From positions 32,001 to 96,000 of the IMG/VR virus record IMGVR_UViG_3300033463_000011: a stretch of 64,000 bases of DNA. One strand, written 5' to 3'. The stretch is from a virus. Lineage: Duplodnaviria > Caudoviricetes. Numbering within the stretch: position 1 is the first letter of the stretch; each line of letters begins with the position of its first letter. Under the pieces are notes generated by a model. That model searched no databases. It was not told the origin of the DNA and worked only from the letters and a program-made list of their open reading frames with translations. Below are positions 39,203-49,024 of this stretch, one piece after another. Position numbers and translations under genes: made by a program.

Positions 39203-40113
39203 TGTTAACTATTCAAGAGCTGGGTCTTAGTATAATGTCAGATTCACCTAAGAATTTTTATATCTTAGGTGGAACAGAATTTGGAATCAAAGAGAAATAT
39301 ATCGACATTCTTGCTTCAAAGATAGGAACTAAAATAGAGCATTCTAATCTTTTAGAATTACTTCCTTCAATGGAAAAGAAACAAATGATTCCTGTACCTC
39401 CGTCACTATATGTTATCAGATATGATAAAACATTCTTAAGCAAACTTAATCCAGAATTAGTTCAAAGAATACATAAATGCAAAATCAATGGATGTATTGT
39501 GCTGTTATATGAATCTGATTCTGATATAAACAAGTGCGATAAGTTTTTTCCAGATAACACTTCAACTATAATGCACATTGACAGTAAGTTTATCATCAAA
39601 TATCTTAAATCAGATTTTCCAGAACTCAAACCGGAATATTATACAATAGCTGCAAATGTTGCTTCTGATTATTATCAAGCAAAGAATATTTGCAGATGTT
39701 TGTATTCAATACAAGATAGATATACGTTAACAGAGAGCCAAATAAAATACATATTTGGATTAGACACTTCCTATTCTGACAATGATGTAATGTTAGCTGT
39801 TGCAAATAGAGATTTTGGATCGTTAGTGTATATATCGGAACATTACGACGGTGAAATACAAAACATTCTCTACACAATGTTAAGAACAATGATTGAGCTA
39901 GATAAATGCTTAGATAATAAGTATTCAGATTCAATAGTTAAAAAAGCAGCAAAATTATGGACAAGATATGATGTATACTTTTTCTTTAATCATGTGTATA
40001 ATGCAGTTAAGCAACTCAGATTAGGGTATTCTAATGATCCTTCCTTATATATTGTGTACTTAGCAGCATTGCTTAGGTTTAAACAAATTCCAGATACGAG
40101 GGCATTTCAGTGA
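39202..40113 (+). CDS. Clamp-loader delta (HolA)-like subunit
   Basis: KNFYILGGTEFGIKEKYI resembles the HolA N-terminus; size and context. Confidence 0.6.
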   Translation: MLTIQELGLSIMSDSPKNFYILGGTEFGIKEKYIDILASKIGTKIEHSNLLELLPSMEKKQMIPVPPSLYVIRYDKTFLSKLNPELVQRIHKCKINGCIVLLYESDSDINKCDKFFPDNTSTIMHIDSKFIIKYLKSDFPELKPEYYTIAANVASDYYQAKNICRCLYSIQDRYTLTESQIKYIFGLDTSYSDNDVMLAVANRDFGSLVYISEHYDGEIQNILYTMLRTMIELDKCLDNKYSDSIVKKAAKLWTRYDVYFFFNHVYNAVKQLRLGYSNDPSLYIVYLAALLRFKQIPDTRAFQ

Positions 40114-40283
40114 GCATCTTAATCGAATGTGATAGCTGTAAGCATCAAGTTTACGTAGATAGTAACACAATTGATAGTTATGTTGAAATTGCCGCATCTT
40201 GCGAGCATAGAATTAAAACATATCATCTGTGTCGCGATTGTTATGAATCAAAGTTTTTGAAAGAGATCTTTGGCGAGGATTAA
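40110..40283 (+). CDS. Small zinc-finger protein (57 aa, not in ORF track)
   Basis: IECDSC...HLCRDCYE; GTGA overlap. Confidence 0.6.
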   Translation: MSILIECDSCKHQVYVDSNTIDSYVEIAASCEHRIKTYHLCRDCYESKFLKEIFGED

Positions 40284-40285
40284 AT

Positions 40286-41065
40286 ATGGATTTTCAATGT
40301 CATTCACAAGCTATAAAGAATCTTCGTCAGATATGTGACGCTAATCGGCATACAATAATTGTAACAGGTGCATCTGGTTCAGGAAAAACGTTTTTAGTTA
40401 AACAATGGGCAACTATGCTCAATATTTCTGATGTAGCTGTTGTTAACCCTTCAGTCAATGAATTAAAAACAATAATTGATACTCTTTTAGATAATCATGC
40501 ACCTGCAGTTATGTGTATTGAAAATTTAGATGAAGGTGTAACACAGGCTGCATACCCTCTATTAAAATTCTTAGAAGAGTGTCCGGATTATCTGTATGTT
40601 GCAGTAACTTGTACCAACATAAGAAATATTCCTGAAACTATTGTTAGCAGATGTATTGTTGTTGATGTAGCAATGCCAACAGCTAAAGATTTGTCTGATT
40701 TTGCATTATCAATTAATTCAGAAAATTATTATCTTGTTAAAGATAAACTAATTTGGAAATGTGCAAAAACTTTCACAGATGTTAAAAATATCTTATCTCT
40801 TGATTCAAACAAATTAGCTTATTTTGAATCGTTATCTAATATAACAGAATTTAATGAAAATGTTAGCAGTATTGCATGGAAATTGCAACATTATCCAGAC
40901 AATTCGGAATCTCCAATAATATTAGTAGTCAGATATCTTATGCAAATTGTTAAACCTAATCAAGTAAGTTCATGTATTGAATGTTTAAATGACTTAAATT
41001 ACAATAGGTTATCTAAAAACGCTATAATAAGTAAATTAATATTCGATTTAAAATATACCGAGTAA
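40286..41065 (+). CDS. Clamp-loader delta-prime (HolB)-like subunit
   Basis: GASGSGKT, LLKFLEE.P, IPETIVSRC (SRC motif). Confidence 0.8.
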   Translation: MDFQCHSQAIKNLRQICDANRHTIIVTGASGSGKTFLVKQWATMLNISDVAVVNPSVNELKTIIDTLLDNHAPAVMCIENLDEGVTQAAYPLLKFLEECPDYLYVAVTCTNIRNIPETIVSRCIVVDVAMPTAKDLSDFALSINSENYYLVKDKLIWKCAKTFTDVKNILSLDSNKLAYFESLSNITEFNENVSSIAWKLQHYPDNSESPIILVVRYLMQIVKPNQVSSCIECLNDLNYNRLSKNAIISKLIFDLKYTE

Positions 41066-41075
41066 GGAGAATTGT

Positions 41076-41273
41076 ATGAATGAATACGAATACAAAGTTG
41101 TCGTTGATAACAAAGTTTATGCAAGGGAAATGGATCTGCAAACTGCACTAACTTTAACAGAAGCTTTGTTTAACAAATGGCATGGAGAGACAAATCTTGC
41201 AATAACTATTGAAAGAGAAGACTTTAGTGTTAGGGTGTCAGAAGATAAGGTTAGATTAGAAGTAACAAAATAA
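41076..41273 (+). CDS. Hypothetical protein
   Basis: SD AAGGAG. Confidence 0.55.
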   Translation: MNEYEYKVVVDNKVYAREMDLQTALTLTEALFNKWHGETNLAITIEREDFSVRVSEDKVRLEVTK

Positions 41274-41283
41274 GGAGAGTATA

Positions 41284-42276
41284 ATGGAAAAATATGTATT
41301 CAGCGGGTCAATAAGACCTTTTGTCCATGATAAGTTGATGTCGCTACCTGATTTTGAACCTCTTGATGTTCTTGTAACTCAGCTTGATAGGCGTGAAATT
41401 GAAACTGTAATCAAGTATAAGCAAGATGGATTTTGCAGATGGTTATTCATTGATTCAGGTGCATTTAGTATACACACAGGTAATGCCCATTTTCCCGATA
41501 AATCAATTAAAGAGCCTACATTCAGACAGTGGGAAGATAATTATATTGATTATCTTAATAGCATTGATGAATATATTGATGTCTGCGCTCAACTTGATAC
41601 TATTCCTGGTAAGTTCCAGCAGCCTAAGAAACCTGAGGACTATGTAGAATCTGCCCAAAAATCTTGGGATAATTATCTTTATATGCGTAGTAAACTTAAG
41701 TCTCCTCAAAAGGTAATGCCAGTATTTCACTACGGAGAAGATCTTAGTGCATTAAAGAATATGTTAGAGTGGCGTGCAGAAGATGGAAGTAAACTAGATT
41801 ATATCGGGATATCTCCTGCTAATGATGCTTCGCAAGATGAAAAAGATACATACATTGCGCAATGCAATGATATAATTGCAAAATCAAGTAATCCTAATGT
41901 AAAAACACATTTATATGGAATGACATCATTACAGTCGCTTGCAAAGAATAAGTGTTATTCGGCAGATAGCGTAAGCCATAGATTGCAAGCTGCATATAAT
42001 CATCTTCTTTCGCCTACATTCGGAACAATTTCAGTATCTACTAGAATACGTAAGAAGAACGGTAAGTCGAATGCTTCGTTTGATTATTTTGCAAATGAAC
42101 ACGACATGAATACACTTAAGGAAGAATTAGCTAAGTGTCAATTGACCTTTGAAGAGGTTCAAGATAGTTCTGATGCAAGGACTGTTTTTAACATCTGGGG
42201 AATTCAACAAATGATAAAGGGCAAGTATAGATATAACGAAGATAAGAAGGTTAAGAAGGCTAAGAAGTTGTTCTAA
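41284..42276 (+). CDS. dpdA: DpdA-like 7-deazaguanine DNA transglycosylase (TGT fold)
   Basis: FIDSGAFS, QLDTIPG, MPVFHYGE, HLYGMT, SADS; que genes in the same window. Confidence 0.82.
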   Translation: MEKYVFSGSIRPFVHDKLMSLPDFEPLDVLVTQLDRREIETVIKYKQDGFCRWLFIDSGAFSIHTGNAHFPDKSIKEPTFRQWEDNYIDYLNSIDEYIDVCAQLDTIPGKFQQPKKPEDYVESAQKSWDNYLYMRSKLKSPQKVMPVFHYGEDLSALKNMLEWRAEDGSKLDYIGISPANDASQDEKDTYIAQCNDIIAKSSNPNVKTHLYGMTSLQSLAKNKCYSADSVSHRLQAAYNHLLSPTFGTISVSTRIRKKNGKSNASFDYFANEHDMNTLKEELAKCQLTFEEVQDSSDARTVFNIWGIQQMIKGKYRYNEDKKVKKAKKLF

Positions 42277-42316
42277 CCTTTAATAGAAGTATATATTATG
42301 TAAAGGGGTATATACT

Positions 42317-42715
42317 TTGAAAAATTGCTTCACTATAACAATTCAATCTTCAAAGATGGATGACTTAGCTCTTCATACAGAAGTATTTAATTCCAAAGAA
42401 GTACCTGACGTGATTTGTGTAAAATTGCCTGATAGTATGCCACGAGATATGGATCTATCAGGTATTTATGATTTAACAAATAACAAAGAATTAGAATTTT
42501 CGGATTATGTATCTAGAGATGAACACAGACCTTGGATTGATATATCTACTGCATTATTAGATGTGCTTTCAGGGCAACATATATACAAGTTAACATTCTC
42601 TAAAGAAGCTTGCAAGTTAACTGCAACTTGTTGGTTTAGCTACATAATTCAAGATACTTTTGTTAATAAGCCTTATGTATACATGAAGCGAGAAGAAGAG
42701 GAATTAGATACATGA
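42317..42715 (+). CDS. Hypothetical (possibly structural) protein
   Basis: Follows AACCTT motif at 42275. Confidence 0.5.
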   Translation: MKNCFTITIQSSKMDDLALHTEVFNSKEVPDVICVKLPDSMPRDMDLSGIYDLTNNKELEFSDYVSRDEHRPWIDISTALLDVLSGQHIYKLTFSKEACKLTATCWFSYIIQDTFVNKPYVYMKREEEELDT

Positions 42716-43194
42716 AGCTATATATAAAAGCAAGTTTAAATTCTGAATTATATGAAATTAGCGTAGCAGGAATTAACGGAGGAAGTGAAACTGAACTTCA
42801 AGCTAAGTTACAAAAACTTTTAACTCGTGTCCCTGATGGAAGGTACGTATTAGATTTAGGACCTAAAGGCTATAACACAGGTTATTTAAAAGTTGATAAA
42901 GATAACTTTAAGTGGTTATATAATGGGGAATCTTATCCAGTTACTAATTATTGGGAGATCAAAGACCATTACATAGTTCTTCCCGAAGGATTTATGATTA
43001 GTGATAGAATTGATCACGAAGATGATAATGTAATTGTTTATGAAATATACGGAAGCGATTCTGTGATATATAGCGGTATAGAAGATTATGAACCAATGAA
43101 AGATGACGATTGGCGTTACTGCAAAGAATTAGGTATTTATTATCTTATAGATTATCAAAAAAGAGCAATATATGTTAAATGGAAGGTGATTTGA
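42712..43194 (+). CDS. MKLY-tag hypothetical protein
   Basis: MKLYIKAS. Confidence 0.6.
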   Translation: MKLYIKASLNSELYEISVAGINGGSETELQAKLQKLLTRVPDGRYVLDLGPKGYNTGYLKVDKDNFKWLYNGESYPVTNYWEIKDHYIVLPEGFMISDRIDHEDDNVIVYEIYGSDSVIYSGIEDYEPMKDDDWRYCKELGIYYLIDYQKRAIYVKWKVI

Positions 43195-43196
43195 TT

Positions 43197-43961
43197 ATGA
43201 GGTTAAGCAGAATCTATACATCAAAAATGTATTTAACTAATCCTCGTAGGGATAGGATTCATGCAGCTATTAATAGCCCTGAGAATGTAGAATTAGTTCA
43301 GCAATTTGCAGATTATTTAGATGATGATTCTAAAGAAATATTAAAGCAGGCTATTAAAGAGCAAGCGGAGGCTAAACAGGCAGAAGATGTAAAATCAGAA
43401 CCTAAGGAATCTGGTGAAGGCGGTACGTCTGAAGAAAACTTCCCTGATGCAGAACATAATGTATTTTCCCCTTCTTATAGCGGAGGATCTTCGTTTGATA
43501 TTCCTGACGAGGGCGGAGACGTTGATGAGGGTGTTGACATATTTGATGTTCCTGAAGAAGGCTCAGAATCTGCTGAACCTGAACCTGAGGCTGAAGTTGC
43601 TGACATAGAAGAGTCTACTGAAGTTTCTGGAAAAGTAATTACTGCAGATACTTCAATCGAAGAGATAATAGTTGACATTGTAAGTGAGTCAAATGTAATT
43701 AAAGGAACACTTAATAGCATCAAAGATACTGCAGGAGTTATTAGAATTGCTGTTGATGACAATGAGCTTTGGATTTATTATAAAGACGAAGTTAACATCG
43801 GCGATATAATGGTAAATGTAATTGAAACGCTCAATGGCGCTAACTATACATACCTTACATTTAGCAGATTAGCAAGGTCTAATAATGCGATTGTATTTGA
43901 TATTAATTTTAACTTACAAGAACCTGTAAAATCTATCAATGAGGTATCGGAGGAAACTTGA
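43197..43961 (+). CDS. Acidic protein, possible head core/scaffold
   Basis: Likely start MRLSRIYTS (SD GGAAGGTG); long acidic linker. Confidence 0.55.
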   Translation: MRLSRIYTSKMYLTNPRRDRIHAAINSPENVELVQQFADYLDDDSKEILKQAIKEQAEAKQAEDVKSEPKESGEGGTSEENFPDAEHNVFSPSYSGGSSFDIPDEGGDVDEGVDIFDVPEEGSESAEPEPEAEVADIEESTEVSGKVITADTSIEEIIVDIVSESNVIKGTLNSIKDTAGVIRIAVDDNELWIYYKDEVNIGDIMVNVIETLNGANYTYLTFSRLARSNNAIVFDINFNLQEPVKSINEVSEET

Positions 43962-43962
43962 T

Positions 43963-44184
43963 ATGTCAAATGATTATGATCCAACATTTGATGCTTTTCA
44001 AGATGAATTGAATCATGCGGTCTATGGAGCAATAAGCAGCGTATTATATAAATATGTAGGATATTTTGAAATGCGTCCCGAAAGACTTGAGGCATTACTT
44101 ATATCTTCAGTAGATACTGCTTTAGAAAATTGGGTTTATAGATATATTGAAAGTGAAAATTATTTAGAATTACTTGGAGAGTAA
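43963..44184 (+). CDS. Hypothetical protein
   Basis: GGAGG SD before MSNDY. Confidence 0.5.
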   Translation: MSNDYDPTFDAFQDELNHAVYGAISSVLYKYVGYFEMRPERLEALLISSVDTALENWVYRYIESENYLELLGE

Positions 44185-45378
44185 ATGAATATACTTGCTG
44201 CTGATTTAATCAGATACAATGCAAATAATAGGGGAACATACACTGGCGATTGTACTGCCCGTGCTATTTCTCTTGCGTTTAATATGGATTATCATAAAGC
44301 AAGAAAATTATTGAATGATTCTGCGAGAGAAAATTGGAGACTTAATTGGCAGTATAATTCTACTAACAATGTCAAGAAAGTAATTGAAAAACTCGGCGGC
44401 GGAAAAGCAGCAATATTGGTTGGTAGAGAATACACAGTTAATAGTTTTGCAGATTCACATAATCAAGGTACATATATTCTTCATTGTAATGATAATGGTA
44501 AAGAAGGCGGACCTGGAGGTCATTTAGTTACCATAATTGACGGTAAAGTATATGACAGTTGGGATTCTAGAAATTGTTATGTATTAACTTATCATAGAAT
44601 TGATTCGGGAATTCGCGGAGAAGATATAACTGATGTAGGCGAGTATCTTGCTCAATTCTTTAAATCAATGACTTCTCAAGGCCTAATTTCTTATGCCAAT
44701 AATGTATTTGATACAGTAGTTGACAAAAATAAAAAGTTAAAGAAACTCTCAGATGAGTATGGTGTAGATATAAGTCTATCTTTATCAGTAAGAAAAGCAG
44801 TATTCAAAGACTACGTGTTCAAATTTGTATATTCTGTTAGCGTAGATATTCCTTCCTATAACATATACAACAGTTCATATAGCAGTAAATTTGGAATTAC
44901 ATTTTCACCTACAATGACACCTGATCAAGTAGAGCCTTCATTCAATGCAAGATTTTATACAAAGATCTATGATTTTGTTAATTCAATCGTTAAGAAAATT
45001 GAAGATACTTGTGATGGGTATAGATTAATTGAACAGAATCGCGAAGGTATTACTATTCCTGATAGATTAAGATATCAATATGATAGATGGGACAGTGCAA
45101 CTGAGAAAAGCTTTAATGCATTACCTTATTGGGTAAGAAGATTAACTAAATGGTTTAGTAGGCGTAGTCCTTTTGAAGGTGGAGATTATGATAGCGTTGA
45201 ATTAACTATCTACACTCCGCCATTTGATACTAAATATGGACAAGCTACAGAAAATACAGTAGATCCAGATACACGGTACTTTCATGCGTACAATATGAAT
45301 GATTTAATGCGAGGATTGCAACATTATAGAGTTACTGGAGATTACGATGAAGCATATTTAATCGCAGGTGATTATTAA
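44185..45378 (+). CDS. Protein with papain/C39-like Cys-His-Asp N-terminal domain
   Basis: GDCTARAIS..GHLVTIIDGKVYDSWDS. Confidence 0.6.
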   Translation: MNILAADLIRYNANNRGTYTGDCTARAISLAFNMDYHKARKLLNDSARENWRLNWQYNSTNNVKKVIEKLGGGKAAILVGREYTVNSFADSHNQGTYILHCNDNGKEGGPGGHLVTIIDGKVYDSWDSRNCYVLTYHRIDSGIRGEDITDVGEYLAQFFKSMTSQGLISYANNVFDTVVDKNKKLKKLSDEYGVDISLSLSVRKAVFKDYVFKFVYSVSVDIPSYNIYNSSYSSKFGITFSPTMTPDQVEPSFNARFYTKIYDFVNSIVKKIEDTCDGYRLIEQNREGITIPDRLRYQYDRWDSATEKSFNALPYWVRRLTKWFSRRSPFEGGDYDSVELTIYTPPFDTKYGQATENTVDPDTRYFHAYNMNDLMRGLQHYRVTGDYDEAYLIAGDY

Positions 45379-45788
45379 TGAAATTGTATATTCGAGCATC
45401 GTTATCTAAAGAAGAACAGTTTCAAATTATCAATGAAACTAATCCTGCTCCTGAAGAGATGTATACTTGGATAAGGTCGGTAGATGATATACAAACTTTT
45501 CAAGAAGCTTTTGAAAATAATCGGGATGGCTATTCGGAAGGATTTACTGAGGACTATACCACAGAAGATATGTTAGCTGCTATACGCACTGGTAAGATAA
45601 CTGTATACAGCTCATATCCAATAGAGAACGGAAAATTTGTAACGCCTTCATATATGGAAGCAAAAAGCTACGGAGGCAGTTATGGAGTATATACAGCAAC
45701 TGTTGATTTAGATGATATTGCTTGGATAGATGTAGATCAAGGGCAGGTTGCAACAAATAAGAAGATAAATTACAAAAAGATAAAGTAA
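45378..45788 (+). CDS. MKLY-tag protein, possible ART-like fold
   Basis: MKLYIRAS; ITVYSS..FVTPS..EAKSY..V.LDDIAW. Confidence 0.5.
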   Translation: MKLYIRASLSKEEQFQIINETNPAPEEMYTWIRSVDDIQTFQEAFENNRDGYSEGFTEDYTTEDMLAAIRTGKITVYSSYPIENGKFVTPSYMEAKSYGGSYGVYTATVDLDDIAWIDVDQGQVATNKKINYKKIK

Positions 45789-45833
45789 CCTTATATCTAT
45801 TTGTATAAAAATTCATAAAGGAGATATTATATC

Positions 45834-46295
45834 ATGAAGAGATATATCCGTTCCGCTAATAAAATTTCTAACAAGATTACTCAGAAGATTGCTGATAAGA
45901 AATTCAACGAGAACGAAATCTTAGTAAGAGCTCTTGCAGGTGAGCATAAGGGTGAACCTATGATGTATGTATTCTTCAACATCATGCTTGATCCTAATGT
46001 TCAGATTGAAAATCCTAATCAGCTTGAAGGTAACCACACAATTTTCTACAATGGTAAGAATATTGGTTGGATTAATTTTGAGAGAGGTATGGGTTGGATT
46101 GACGATAGAGCTTATGATAAGATTCAGAAAGTTGATCCTGCTGTATTAGATCAGCTCATTGCTCAGTGGTTTGCTCAATTCGGTCTCGGTGCTGGCGCTG
46201 ATTATGCTCCTGCAGACGAATCATTAAGAATTGATGATGGCAGAACAACATACGGCCCTGACTTCTTTGATGACGATCAGAGTTATTGGTCATAA
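45834..46295 (+). CDS. MKRY-tag hypothetical protein
   Basis: MKRYIRSA; AACCTT motif at 45787; strong SD. Confidence 0.6.
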   Translation: MKRYIRSANKISNKITQKIADKKFNENEILVRALAGEHKGEPMMYVFFNIMLDPNVQIENPNQLEGNHTIFYNGKNIGWINFERGMGWIDDRAYDKIQKVDPAVLDQLIAQWFAQFGLGAGADYAPADESLRIDDGRTTYGPDFFDDDQSYWS

Positions 46296-46301
46296 TATAT
46301 T

Positions 46302-46613
46302 ATGATAGATTTGCCTGTAGCAGAAGAATTAGATTTTCAATATTTACTGCAACTTCTTCCTCCTCTGGAAGATACACCAGAATTTGCAAATCTTCCTGAG
46401 TTGTTTAGCATAATTGGTGCAAAATCGCTGATTAGTCTATGCAAATATGCAGGCGGAGAAACAATAACAATACCTACACTTGAGCAGTTATGCAACGATA
46501 TAGAAGCTCTTCAATGGTATTATGATGTATATATAGCAAAAAGAAAATCTTTCGGAGAAATTCCTGCAAATTTATATCCATTAGTTAGCAAAATAAAAGA
46601 AGTGTATAAATAA
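46302..46613 (+). CDS. Mor/C-type transcription activator-like protein
   Basis: LFSIIGAKSLISLCKYAGGETITIP. Confidence 0.55.
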   Translation: MIDLPVAEELDFQYLLQLLPPLEDTPEFANLPELFSIIGAKSLISLCKYAGGETITIPTLEQLCNDIEALQWYYDVYIAKRKSFGEIPANLYPLVSKIKEVYK

Positions 46614-46627
46614 GGAGAAATTAAGAA

Positions 46628-46975
46628 ATGAAGATTTATATTAGGTCTGCAAGAAAAGTTGATGAATCCTATGAAGACATTGAGTGCACAGATTACAGCA
46701 AGTTCAGTGTTGTATTCATGCTCATGCAAAAGTATTCAGATGGAATGTACTGCTTAGGCAAGTTCTACGCAGATAACTTATGGGCAGCTAAAGAAGCCCT
46801 CCAAGAAGCCCTCAAAAAACATCCTAACCTCGCCGATGCTAATCTCTATGTATCTAAGTACAATTCATATTTTGATACTGAAGAGAATAGAAAAGATCCA
46901 GACGGTGTAGAAGTTGACGTAGCCGATTCATTAGAAGATCTCATCGAAGAATTTGATTACGAATACGCAGAGTAA
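46628..46975 (+). CDS. MKIY-tag hypothetical protein
   Basis: MKIYIRSA. Confidence 0.6.
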   Translation: MKIYIRSARKVDESYEDIECTDYSKFSVVFMLMQKYSDGMYCLGKFYADNLWAAKEALQEALKKHPNLADANLYVSKYNSYFDTEENRKDPDGVEVDVADSLEDLIEEFDYEYAE

Positions 46976-47045
46976 ATAATAAATAACTTAAATTAGTGCG
47001 ACAATCAGATTTCTGGTTGTCCATTAATTTAGTAGAGGTGATAAT

Positions 47046-48002
47046 ATGAAAAGAAAGTATATCCAATCCGCAGAATCTGATTATGTTCGTGTAGGAAACA
47101 TGATGTTTCCTAAAGATGCAAGTGAATACGGTTATGAAAGTGCAGAACAGATAAGTGAGAAAACTAAAAGAAAGTATCAAGCCGAACTAGATGCAAAAGC
47201 TGCAGAAGAAAAACGCATTGCAGATATCGCAAGAGGTAGATTAAATTATCAGATGACAGTTTCTCAAGTGGATCCATCACTTTCTGTAGATGATCAATTA
47301 GCTGCAATGTTTGATAATTGCGTACCTTACGAAGGCAAGTGCGATAACATTGGTGCAGAATTAATTCGTGCTATCAACAGACTTGGATATCGTTGGAGTA
47401 ACGACGGAGATAGATTCTATGAAGGTTACGGATTAGAAACATGTGGAGGAGATGCTGCTTTCATTATTGACTTCACTGAAGGTTCGGATATTCCAGAATG
47501 GATGTATGATATGGTTGAACGAGGTGCAGAGCCTGACGACTTATATGATGAGCATCTTAAGGTGTTAGAGGAAAAAGTGCTTGATTACGTAAGAAATAAC
47601 CCGCAGTTGTTTGGTCAAGATACTCCAGATTCTCGTGAATATTCATCAGATACACTTGATGAGATAAAAGAAATGTCACCTAAATATGAATTCGAACCTG
47701 ATGTATATGAATTGTGGGATTTTGTATCAAGAGAAAAAATTGACGACAGTGACATTAAGGATTGGCTTGATTCCTTAGCTGAATATGACTTTGGCGGAGA
47801 AGTACGACAGTGGGCTAGAGATGGGTTCATAGTTGAAGATCTTGATAAAGAACAGCTTCAAGAGTGGGAAAGCAGATATTCTAAAGCACTTGAATACCAC
47901 CTCGAAGAACTTCGTGGGGAATTTCCCGAAGACGAGGATGAAGACGAAGACGAAGAGTACGAGGATGATGAGTACGAAGACGAAGAGGATAGCGATTTCT
48001 AA
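47046..48002 (+). CDS. Acidic tag-family protein
   Basis: MKRKYIQSA; D/E-rich C-terminus. Confidence 0.6.
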   Translation: MKRKYIQSAESDYVRVGNMMFPKDASEYGYESAEQISEKTKRKYQAELDAKAAEEKRIADIARGRLNYQMTVSQVDPSLSVDDQLAAMFDNCVPYEGKCDNIGAELIRAINRLGYRWSNDGDRFYEGYGLETCGGDAAFIIDFTEGSDIPEWMYDMVERGAEPDDLYDEHLKVLEEKVLDYVRNNPQLFGQDTPDSREYSSDTLDEIKEMSPKYEFEPDVYELWDFVSREKIDDSDIKDWLDSLAEYDFGGEVRQWARDGFIVEDLDKEQLQEWESRYSKALEYHLEELRGEFPEDEDEDEDEEYEDDEYEDEEDSDF

Positions 48003-48007
48003 TTGAT

Positions 48008-48193
48008 ATGCTTGAAACAGTCAAAAAGTACATCCAAGAACTTCCTGACATAGATTTCAATACTTATTATCAAAACTACGTATTATCTGTACAAGATGAG
48101 AATATTGGTATAGAATCTAAACAATTCAACACCTTTAATGATATTAATAAATTAATCGCTAAAATTCAAAGAGAGCTAGGTAACATATCGTGA
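48008..48193 (+). CDS. Hypothetical protein
   Basis: Coupled ORF. Confidence 0.45.
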   Translation: MLETVKKYIQELPDIDFNTYYQNYVLSVQDENIGIESKQFNTFNDINKLIAKIQRELGNIS

Positions 48194-48663
48194 AACAAGA
48201 AGAAATAGTAATTACTTCTAGTGATATTCAATCTGCATATACAAGATTCTACACGTATATGATGAAATATCTATGGGACATAAATACTACAATGGATTTA
48301 GCAAAATTAGAGATTGCTATCTATAAGAGATTTCCAGATCAAGATGAGATGAAAGAATGTCTTTATAGATTAGAAAAAGACATAGATGATACTTATCGTG
48401 ATGAGGATGATCCAAACAGCAAAGATTTCAAAAAGAAGTTTGAGGTATTAAAGGATTACATCGAAAAGTATAATACTCCGGGATTTGATATTTATAGAGT
48501 TGAACCCGAACTTGATTTAGATGAGATAAAGGGTGAAAGCGAAGAAGCTCACGATGACGAAAATATATTTGACGAAGAAAATATTGGTGAGCTTGAAGTA
48601 AAAGAAGAACCCGAAAAACAAACGAAAAAGAAAATTAAAATAGGAAAAATAGTTCGTAAATAA
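48190..48663 (+). CDS. Hypothetical protein
   Basis: GTGA overlap. Confidence 0.5.
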   Translation: MKQEEIVITSSDIQSAYTRFYTYMMKYLWDINTTMDLAKLEIAIYKRFPDQDEMKECLYRLEKDIDDTYRDEDDPNSKDFKKKFEVLKDYIEKYNTPGFDIYRVEPELDLDEIKGESEEAHDDENIFDEENIGELEVKEEPEKQTKKKIKIGKIVRK

Positions 48664-48692
48664 GCAGTCGAAGCTAAGAAAGGATTACATGC

Positions 48693-48902
48693 ATGGAACA
48701 AATACTTAAACAGTTCGGACTGGATCAGTTCTGGAATGAAGAAGAGGGTATGATAATCATTATGGATGATGATATTGATATGTCAGATCCTTTTCAGTTC
48801 TCTAAGATTAGACGTTTCTTGTTAAACAACGAGAACTGGGTGCTTGGGCATGATCTTTGGGGTACAGATGATGGTTATTGGTATCTTATGCCGATTCGTT
48901 AA
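48693..48902 (+). CDS. Hypothetical protein
   Basis: SD AAGGA. Confidence 0.5.
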   Translation: MEQILKQFGLDQFWNEEEGMIIIMDDDIDMSDPFQFSKIRRFLLNNENWVLGHDLWGTDDGYWYLMPIR

Positions 48903-49024
48903 AATTATAATATTTGGGCAAGCACATGGTTGTCTATCAGTCAAAGGTTAAGATCAAATAGGTCTTAACCTTAATTAATTATGAAATAACATCTAAAATT
49001 TATGATTTTAGGAGAATAGGAAAA

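Noticed and set aside
47930-48000. GAAGACGAG-like tandem repeats
   Set aside because: Explained by the Asp/Glu-rich protein tail.
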